This document shows positions 57,167 through 64,000 of a stretch of 64,000 bases of DNA, piece after piece. Position numbers and translations under genes: made by a program. This DNA comes from Candidatus Parcubacteria bacterium (GTDB lineage Bacteria; Patescibacteriota; Minisyncoccia; UBA6257; 2-01-FULL-56-20), in assembly GCA_027355945.1 (NCBI GenBank), contig DAIEHA010000002.1, positions 15,071 to 79,070 on the forward strand, written 5' to 3'. Position 1 is the stretch's first letter. Every line of letters begins with the position of its first letter. The notes under the pieces are model-generated. The model searched no databases. It was given only the letters and a program-made list of their open reading frames with translations, and was not told the DNA's origin.

Positions 57167-57742
57167 ATGGCATTGGACACCATCGTATTCGATATCGAAA
57201 CCCAGAACTTCTTCACCGACCCCGGCGTGGGTCGGGATAATTTCGGCGCACTCAAGATCTCCGTGGTGTGCGCATACTCCTATCTCGAGGATCGCTATCA
57301 CTGCTACGAAGAGCATGAGATGGACAAGCTTGCGGAACTCTTTTCCTCCGCAAAGCGCATCGTCGGGTTCAGCATGAACCGGTACGATATCCCGGTCCTC
57401 ACCCATTATTTCAAAAAGCTCAAAGGTGCTGCCCCGGACCTTTGGAAGATGGACCGTGTGGACCTTCTTGAGGAGATCGAGCTTGCGACCGGGCATCGCA
57501 TCGGCCTTGCGCGTCTCGCGGAGGCGAACCTCGGAGCTACCAAAAGCCATCACGGGTCCGAGGCGGGTACGCTCTATGATGAAGGGAAGATGGATGAACT
57601 CAAGGAATACTGTACGAATGATGTGAAGCTCACCAAAGACCTTTATGACCTTTACCGCACCCGCCACTTCCTTCTCATACCCCGCCGGGACGGCGATCCA
57701 TTGAGGATCGATTTCGCAAAGCCTGCAGGCGCCGCGGCATGA
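57167..57742 (+). CDS. Predicted 3'-5' exonuclease, RNase H-like/DEDD superfamily (YprB-like)
   Basis: IVFDIETQNF (Exo I motif with D and E), then GFSMNRYDIPVL and YCTNDVKLTKDLY segments. Confidence 0.55.
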   Translation: MALDTIVFDIETQNFFTDPGVGRDNFGALKISVVCAYSYLEDRYHCYEEHEMDKLAELFSSAKRIVGFSMNRYDIPVLTHYFKKLKGAAPDLWKMDRVDLLEEIELATGHRIGLARLAEANLGATKSHHGSEAGTLYDEGKMDELKEYCTNDVKLTKDLYDLYRTRHFLLIPRRDGDPLRIDFAKPAGAAA

Positions 57743-58995
57743 TCCCGAACCATTCCCACGCCATGCTCACGCGCACGTATCTCGACCATGCCGCAGGGAC
57801 GCCCGTCGATCCGCAAGTGGAGCGGACGATGCGCCCCTATTTCCTCAAAGAGTTCGGCAATCCCGGATCCCTCCATTCCTTCGGCCAGGAGGCGATCGCG
57901 GCGCTCGATGCCGCGCGCGAATCCTTCGCGGGCCTCATCGGCGCGGATTTCCGCGAGGTCGTGTTCACCGGGTCTGCGACCGAGGCGAACAATCTCGCGC
58001 TCCGCGGCGCGGTGAGGGCGTGGAACGGTGAACCCCGCCATCGCGGCCTTGCGCCGAGGATCATCGTGAGCGCCATCGAACATGAATCAGTGCTCGAGAC
58101 CGCTGCGGATCTTGCGCGGGAAGGAGCGGAAACGGTCTATGCACCCGTCGACGGCCGTGGTGCCGTCGATCCCTCGTGGATCGCGCAGGCGATCGGCGAT
58201 GATGGGCGCACTGCGATCGTCTCCGTGATGCATGTGAACAATGAGACGGGGACCGTTCAGCCTGTGGCCGCCATTGCGGATGCGGTGCGCGAACTACGCA
58301 TACACGCGAACGCGAACGTGAGGGGCGCGGCGGGAGCTTCCGGCAGGGTTCCGGCGCGATGGCCGCTCTTCCATACGGATGCCGTGCAGGCATTCCCCTA
58401 TCTCTCCTGCGACATGCGTCGGATCGCTGCGGATATGATGACGCTTTCGGCGCATAAGATATGCGGGCCGAAGGGGGTGGGAGCCCTTTTCGTGCGTACG
58501 GGAACGCCGCTCGCGCCCATCGTCACCGGAGGGGGACAGGAGTTCGGGTTCCGGTCCGGAACGGAGAACGTACCGCTCATCGCAGGATTCGCCAAAGCAG
58601 CTGCGCTTGCCGCGGCATCGAGGGAGAAGGAGGCGGCGCGCCTCCATTCCCTCAGGGATCATTGCATAAAGGGGATCAAAAAGACCTTAAGGGGTGCGAT
58701 GTTCCATGGGCCGACGCGCAGATCATCCGCGGCGCCACATATCGTGAACTTTTCCGTTCCCGGAAGGGATGCTGCGGACCTTGTCGTGATGCTCGATCTT
58801 GCCGGCATCGCGGTTTCTTCGGGATCCGCATGCCGTGCCCGCGCCGCAGCCCCCTCCTACGTCCTCCGCGCGCTTCATGGGGATGGCCTCGCACCGGGCG
58901 AACATGCGCCATCCGGCGTCCGCGTGAGTTTCGGGAGGACCACCACAAAGGAGGACGTGAACCGTTTCCTCCGCGCGCTCAAGTCCCTTCGCTGA
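57739..58995 (+). CDS. Cysteine desulfurase (NifS/IscS class V aminotransferase)
   Basis: PLP-lysine motif SAHKICGPKGVGALFVR. Active Cys loop SGSACRARAAAPS. Overlaps the upstream stop (ATGA). Confidence 0.88.
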   Translation: MIPNHSHAMLTRTYLDHAAGTPVDPQVERTMRPYFLKEFGNPGSLHSFGQEAIAALDAARESFAGLIGADFREVVFTGSATEANNLALRGAVRAWNGEPRHRGLAPRIIVSAIEHESVLETAADLAREGAETVYAPVDGRGAVDPSWIAQAIGDDGRTAIVSVMHVNNETGTVQPVAAIADAVRELRIHANANVRGAAGASGRVPARWPLFHTDAVQAFPYLSCDMRRIAADMMTLSAHKICGPKGVGALFVRTGTPLAPIVTGGGQEFGFRSGTENVPLIAGFAKAAALAAASREKEAARLHSLRDHCIKGIKKTLRGAMFHGPTRRSSAAPHIVNFSVPGRDAADLVVMLDLAGIAVSSGSACRARAAAPSYVLRALHGDGLAPGEHAPSGVRVSFGRTTTKEDVNRFLRALKSLR

Positions 58996-59067
58996 AACTT
59001 TTTCATCTCTGGGGACGTAGTAAGGGATAAAAGGCCTGACCTCATTTTTTAGTATCAACATATTGCA

Positions 59068-60348
59068 ATGTCCATGAAGAAAAAAGCGGCAGTCATCGCA
59101 GTAGGCATCGTAGCCGCGGGTGCGTTCGGGTTCGCGTTCCGTGGCGCCATCATCGCACGCGCCGCCACAAACCCCTTTTCTACGTTTTGGAGCGATCTCA
59201 CGCGTCCGTTCGCGGGCGGAGGGTCCGGCGCCGTTACGGGAGGAAGCTCCTCGACCTCCGTGCCGCTCTATTCTCCCGTCGACCAATATGAGAGTGACGT
59301 GATGAGCGCGGTGAAGAACGTATCGCCTGCGGTCGTCTCGATCGTCATCTCGGAGAACGTACCCATCACCCAGAACTGCCCCAGCGATTTTTTCTACGGT
59401 TTTCCCCAGGGATTCTCGCAATTCTTCGGGAATCTTCCGACGTCCACTTCGTGTACGACGGGAAAGACCCAGCTTGAACAGGTGGGCGGAGGTTCGGGGG
59501 TCATCATCTCCTCGAGCGGGCTCATCCTCACGAACAAGCATGTCGTCGCAAATGCGAATGCCCAGTATTCCGTGATCATGAGCGACGGGAAGACCTATGC
59601 CGCCAAGGTGCTCGCGCGGGATCCCAATCAGGATCTCGCAGTGATCAAGATCGATGCCACGGGCCTTCCGACGGTCACCCTTGGGGATTCGAACGGCCTC
59701 CAGCTCGGTCAAACGGCGATCGCGATCGGCAATGCACTCGGCCAGTACTCGAACACCGTGTCCGTGGGCGTCGTGTCCGGACTTGAGCGTACCGTGACCG
59801 CGGCATCGCCCGATACGGGCGCTCAGGAGACCCTTACCGGGGTCATCCAGACCGATGCGGCGATCAACCCGGGCAATTCGGGCGGGCCGCTCGTCGACCT
59901 CCGCGGAGACGTGATCGGCATCGATACTGCGATCGCGTCGAACGCCCAGAACATAGGGTTCGCGATCCCCATCGATCAGGCAAAATCGGCGATCGCGTCC
60001 GTGGAGTCTACTGGGCAGATCAAAGTGCCTTATCTCGGCGTCCGCTATGAACCCGTGACCGCCGCCCTTGCCGCCGCGAAGAAGCTCCCCATCTCGTATG
60101 GCGCGCTTGTGACCGCGGGCACCTCGGGCAAGCCGGCCGTCACCGCCAATTCGCCGGCGGAGGCGGCGGGCATCAAAGCGGGGGATATCATAGAGTCCGT
60201 GAACGGGACCCAGATCGATGCCAGTAACGACCTTGCGAATCTCATCGACCAGTATTCGGTGGGTGATACCGTGACGCTCGTCATCGATCGCGCCGGCAAG
60301 ACGCTCACGCTCACACTCACGCTCGCGGAGCGTCCTGCGGGTGTCTGA
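59068..60348 (+). CDS. HtrA/DegP-family serine protease with C-terminal PDZ domain
   Basis: Catalytic triad context TNKHVV (His), NQDLAVIKI (Asp), GNSGGPLV (Ser). PDZ segment VTAGTSGKPAVTANSPAEAAGIKAGDIIESVNGTQI. Confidence 0.9.
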   Translation: MSMKKKAAVIAVGIVAAGAFGFAFRGAIIARAATNPFSTFWSDLTRPFAGGGSGAVTGGSSSTSVPLYSPVDQYESDVMSAVKNVSPAVVSIVISENVPITQNCPSDFFYGFPQGFSQFFGNLPTSTSCTTGKTQLEQVGGGSGVIISSSGLILTNKHVVANANAQYSVIMSDGKTYAAKVLARDPNQDLAVIKIDATGLPTVTLGDSNGLQLGQTAIAIGNALGQYSNTVSVGVVSGLERTVTAASPDTGAQETLTGVIQTDAAINPGNSGGPLVDLRGDVIGIDTAIASNAQNIGFAIPIDQAKSAIASVESTGQIKVPYLGVRYEPVTAALAAAKKLPISYGALVTAGTSGKPAVTANSPAEAAGIKAGDIIESVNGTQIDASNDLANLIDQYSVGDTVTLVIDRAGKTLTLTLTLAERPAGV

Positions 60349-60476
60349 TACGCCATTAGCAATCCCTCCGCTTGATTGACAATCCCGATCACGAAGGAGT
60401 ATAATGAAAACAAAGTGAGGAGGGTTGGCCCCGCAATCCGCCGCCTCCGATCCATCATCATCACTATCAATATCCA

Positions 60477-63188
60477 ATGCCCAACTTCCATCGTTTCACC
60501 ATCAAAGCCCAGGAGGCGCTCCAGAACGCCCAGGAGATCGCCGCAAAGAAAAATCATGGGGAGCTCAAATCGCTCCACCTTCTCGCTGCGCTTCTCGAGG
60601 ATGAACAGTCACTCGTGATCCCCGTGCTTGAGCGTTCCGGCGTGGATATCGAACGGCTCGATGAGCAGGTGGAAGAGGAGCTGGACCGCATCCCGCCCAT
60701 CCTCTCGAATTCCGCGGTCGGCCAGCTGTACCTCTCGCAGGAGCTCATGCGCGTGCTCGACCAGGCCGCGAAGATCGCGGCGCAGCAGAAGGACGAGTTC
60801 GTTTCGTGCGAGCACTTCCTTCTCGCGCTCCTCGATATCCCCGGTGCAGCGAAATCGCTCCTCGAGAAGTTCGGCATACGGCGCGAACAGGCGTTCCGCG
60901 TCCTTGCCCAGCTCCGCGGTTCGGTCCGCGTGACGGACGAGACGCCGGAGACCAAATTCCAGGTGCTTGAAAAATATGCCATCAATCTGAGCGAGAAGGC
61001 CAAGGCCGGCCAGCTCGATCCCGTCATCGGACGCGAAGAAGAGCTCCGGCGCCTCATGCAGGTGCTCTCCCGCCGCACCAAGAACAATCCGTGCCTCATC
61101 GGCGAGCCGGGCGTCGGCAAGACCGCCATCGTGGAAGGCCTCGCCCAGCGCATCGCGTCGGGCGACGTACCCGAGCTTCTCAAGGGCAAGCAGGTGCTCA
61201 TGCTCGATCTCGGATCGCTCATCGCGGGCACCAAGTTCCGCGGCGAGTTCGAGGACCGTCTGAAGGCCTTCGTAAAGGAAATCAAGAATTCCGCGGGCCA
61301 GATCATCCTTTTTATCGACGAGATCCATACGATCGTGGGCGCAGGCGCCGCCGAAGGCGCCATCGATGCATCGAATCTCCTGAAGCCGGCGCTCGCCCGG
61401 GGCGAGCTCCACGCGATCGGTGCGACGACCATCCGCGAATATCAGAAATATATAGAGAAGGATCCCGCACTCGAACGGCGCTTCCAGCCCATCACGGTGG
61501 AGGAGCCTTCCATCGAGGATTCCATTTCCATCCTCCGGGGGCTCAAGGAGAAGTACGAGATCCATCACGGGATGCGCATCAGCGACGAAGCGATCGTGGA
61601 AGCCGTGAACCTTTCCGCCCGCTATATCACCGACCGGTTCCTTCCCGACAAGGCGGTGGATCTCATCGATGAGGCCGCCGCCGCGCGGCGCCTCGAATCG
61701 GAGAGCCTTCCGAAGGAAATCGACGGCATCCGCAGGGACATCACGCGCCTCGAAGTGGAGAAGCAGGCGCTTCTTCAGGAAGGGGAGAGCCCGCGCACCG
61801 CGGAGCGCCTCAAGGAGATCGAGGTCCAGCTTGCCAAGCGCAAGGAGGATAACGACGAGCTTTCGAGCAAGTGGCATTCGGAGAAGATCAAATTCGAAAC
61901 GCTCCATCAGCTGCGGCAGAAAGTGGAGAACCTGAAGCGAGAGGCGGAGGTCGCCGAACGCGAGGGGAATCTCGAGCGCGTGGCGCAGATCATCTACGGC
62001 GAACTTCCCGTGGCGGAAAAGGACTTCCAGATGTTCGAAAAGAAGAACTTCGGCGCGCCGTCCGCCGCCGCGCGTCGCCGCGCCGCCGCACATAAGGCGG
62101 CCGCAGGCACCGACGCCGATGCGCCGTCCGCCGCCCGCACCGCCGCATCCGCGGACCGTTTCCTTAAAGAGGCCGTGGACAAGGAAGATGTGGCCGCGGT
62201 TGTGTCCGTGTGGACCGGCATTCCCCTCAAGCGCATGCTCGAGACCGAGACCGATAAGCTGATCCGCATCGAGGACGTGCTTCGCGAACGGGTGATCGGC
62301 CAGGAGGAGGGGATCACCGCCATCGCGTCCGCGCTTCGCCGCGCCCGCGCCGGCCTTTCGGACGCCAACCGCCCCATCGGATCGTTCATGTTCCTCGGTC
62401 CCACGGGCGTCGGCAAGACCGAGCTTGCCCGCGCGCTCGCCGAGTTCATGTTCAATGACGAAAAGGCGCTCATCCGGGTGGATATGTCCGAATACATGGA
62501 GCGCCATGCGACGAGCCGCCTCGTGGGATCGCCCCCGGGCTACGTGGGCCACGAAGAGGGCGGCCAGCTCACCGAGAAGATCCGTCATCGTCCCTACAGC
62601 GTCATTCTGTTCGACGAGATCGAAAAAGCGCACCCCGAGGTGTTCAATCTCCTCCTTCAGGTTCTCGACGAAGGGCGCCTTACCGACAGCAAAGGCAAGA
62701 CGGTGAATTTCAAGAACTCGATCATCATCATGACCTCGAACGTCGGAAGCCAGTATCTCCGCGCAATGTCCCGCATCGGGTTCAGCGCGGAAGGCGCGGC
62801 GGGATCCGCCGAGGAAGTGGATTACAAGGACAAGGTCATGGAATCCCTCCGCCAGAGCTTCCGGCCCGAGTTTCTCAACCGTATCGACGAGATCGTCGTT
62901 TTTAATCCGCTCCATAAGGCGGATATCGAGAAGATCGTGGACATCCAGCTCGGCCGCATCGGGCAGCAGATTGCCGACCGGAATATCCGTCTCGATATCG
63001 GTCCCGATGCCCGCGCATATCTCGCAAAAGAGGGATTCAGTCCGGAATTCGGCGCGCGGCCCCTCAAACGCCTCATCCAGAAGGTCATCCTCGACAGACT
63101 TGCGGACAAACTCATCCGTGGGGAGGTGAAGGAGGGCGGAAAGATCAAGGTGGGATTCAAGGCAAACGCGCTTACCTTCACGCCGTAA
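60477..63188 (+). CDS. clpB: Chaperone ClpB
   Basis: N domain. NBD1 [16 protein letters not shown]-domain coiled coil. NBD2 [15 protein letters not shown]. Sensor-2 GARPLKR. 903 aa including an Ala-rich insertion. Confidence 0.95.
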   Translation: MPNFHRFTIKAQEALQNAQEIAAKKNHGELKSLHLLAALLEDEQSLVIPVLERSGVDIERLDEQVEEELDRIPPILSNSAVGQLYLSQELMRVLDQAAKIAAQQKDEFVSCEHFLLALLDIPGAAKSLLEKFGIRREQAFRVLAQLRGSVRVTDETPETKFQVLEKYAINLSEKAKAGQLDPVIGREEELRRLMQVLSRRTKNNPCLIGEPGVGKTAIVEGLAQRIASGDVPELLKGKQVLMLDLGSLIAGTKFRGEFEDRLKAFVKEIKNSAGQIILFIDEIHTIVGAGAAEGAIDASNLLKPALARGELHAIGATTIREYQKYIEKDPALERRFQPITVEEPSIEDSISILRGLKEKYEIHHGMRISDEAIVEAVNLSARYITDRFLPDKAVDLIDEAAAARRLESESLPKEIDGIRRDITRLEVEKQALLQEGESPRTAERLKEIEVQLAKRKEDNDELSSKWHSEKIKFETLHQLRQKVENLKREAEVAEREGNLERVAQIIYGELPVAEKDFQMFEKKNFGAPSAAARRRAAAHKAAAGTDADAPSAARTAASADRFLKEAVDKEDVAAVVSVWTGIPLKRMLETETDKLIRIEDVLRERVIGQEEGITAIASALRRARAGLSDANRPIGSFMFLGPTGVGKTELARALAEFMFNDEKALIRVDMSEYMERHATSRLVGSPPGYVGHEEGGQLTEKIRHRPYSVILFDEIEKAHPEVFNLLLQVLDEGRLTDSKGKTVNFKNSIIIMTSNVGSQYLRAMSRIGFSAEGAAGSAEEVDYKDKVMESLRQSFRPEFLNRIDEIVVFNPLHKADIEKIVDIQLGRIGQQIADRNIRLDIGPDARAYLAKEGFSPEFGARPLKRLIQKVILDRLADKLIRGEVKEGGKIKVGFKANALTFTP

Positions 63189-63278
63189 CGCGGGAAGGAT
63201 CCCCTTGCGGACCCTTCGCTATTCCAAAGGCCCTTCCTTCCGGAAGGGCCTTTGCGATATGGTATAGTCTACTTATAT

Positions 63279-64000
63279 ATGTTCGATACGCTCATAGAAC
63301 GTCTCCGGCCTTTGCGGGGAACGATGGTTCGTGCGCTCGCTTTCGGGCTTGCGTGGGCCATTCTCCCTTCCTGGCTTTTTGTCATCCTTGCCCTCTATCT
63401 CTTCTTCGTGCCTCCCGCGCAGGCGGGCACGGTCATCGTTCCCTTTATCGTCCTCCTCGGTCTTGCGCTTCTCACGCCGGGAGGATCCCTCCTTGCCGTC
63501 GTATTCGGCCTCCTTTTCTGGTATATCCTTCTTATCAAGGAGTTGTACCTCATCGACAGGAAGACCGCCTATGAGGTCCTTTCCTTCGTGCTCGTGTTCC
63601 TCGTGTTCCGCCTTTTCTATGACCGGCTCGGCGGCGGGGCCGATGCGGCGACCTTCTTCTTCGCCGCACTTGCCGCAATCGTCACCGGGATGCTTTTTTC
63701 GAGCTTCATTGCCGCATTCATGCCGGATCGTCCCGCGGAGGAATCCGGCAATGCCGCTTCCGCCGTCCGCCGGTTGCGGAGGGTCGCCTCGGCAACCATC
63801 GCATTTCTCGTGTTCGAGATCCTTCTTGCCGGACTTTTCCTTCCTCTCGATTTCATCTATCAGACGGCGGTGACCTTTCTTATCGCGCTCCTTCTCATGG
63901 ACCTTGCCGCGCGGCATCTCCTTGAGGGGCCCCTCTCCCGGGAGAGGATCCTTATTGTTTCGGGTACGGTAGGCGCCCTCCTCGTCATTCTCCTCGGTTC
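63279..64000 (+). CDS. Polytopic membrane protein, 3' end outside window
   Basis: Hand translation from ATG 63279 (MFDTLIERLRPLRGTMVRALAFGLAWAILPSW...) runs stop-free to the window end with hydrophobic helices. Absent from the ORF track because no stop is inside the window. The minus-strand ORF 63273..63917 is its antisense. Confidence 0.5.
   Translation, partial: MFDTLIERLRPLRGTMVRALAFGLAWAILPSWLFVILALYLFFVPPAQAGTVIVPFIVLLGLALLTPGGSLLAVVFGLLFWYILLIKELYLIDRKTAYEVLSFVLVFLVFRLFYDRLGGGADAATFFFAALAAIVTGMLFSSFIAAFMPDRPAEESGNAASAVRRLRRVASATIAFLVFEILLAGLFLPLDFIYQTAVTFLIALLLMDLAARHLLEGPLSRERILIVSGTVGALLVILLG

Noticed and set aside
60609-62915. 768 aa minus-strand ORF inside clpB
   Set aside because: Antisense to ClpB. 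Typical stop-free antisense frame of high-GC DNA.
63273-63917. 214 aa minus-strand EK-rich ORF
   Set aside because: Antisense of the plus-strand polytopic membrane protein gene that runs off the window end.
1-64000. CRISPR arrays, IS elements or transposases
   Set aside because: No short regularly spaced repeats, and no transposase-like ORFs, were seen anywhere in the window.

Overview
64 kb, about 60% GC, from a bacterial chromosome with a compact gene set. Several features (a short four-domain S1, many small secreted or membrane proteins, pilin-like paralogs) are reminiscent of CPR/Patescibacteria, but the lineage is not certain. Housekeeping genes recognised by motif: a membrane H+-pyrophosphatase (5' truncated), clpP, ftsH, glyA-folD, rpsA, gyrA, rpsO-pnp, recA, ftsK, a phosphohexomutase, a cysteine desulfurase, htrA-like, clpB, PhoH2, and a type IV pilin-like protein with a LamG domain. 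I read seven tRNAs by hand: Ile-UAU, His-GUG, Val-UAC, Pro-UGG, Arg-UCU, Phe-GAA and Leu-UAG. The most interesting part is a roughly 12 kb segment (about 12.56-24.65 kb) bracketed by a 24-25 nt direct repeat of the tRNA-His 3' end plus trailer. It carries a metal (probably copper) homeostasis module. That module has a CsoR-family repressor with three TACCC-N5-GGGTA operator boxes placed identically in the csoR and ATPase promoters. It also has a Cu+-type P1B ATPase with an unusual CPD motif, a CcdA/DsbD-like protein with vicinal Cys-Cys pairs beside a SCO1-like CxxxC protein, a YHS/TRASH mini-protein, and two membrane-anchored proteins sharing a C-terminal SGGCGV tail next to a split ICMT-like methyltransferase. 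Other points of note are three copies of a ~40 nt intergenic motif between four co-oriented small genes, and a six-gene cluster of VirB2/TrbC-like pilin paralogs at 39.1-42.7 kb. A NYN-domain gene sits between rpsO and pnp. Many long antisense ORFs in the track are high-GC artefacts and were rejected.
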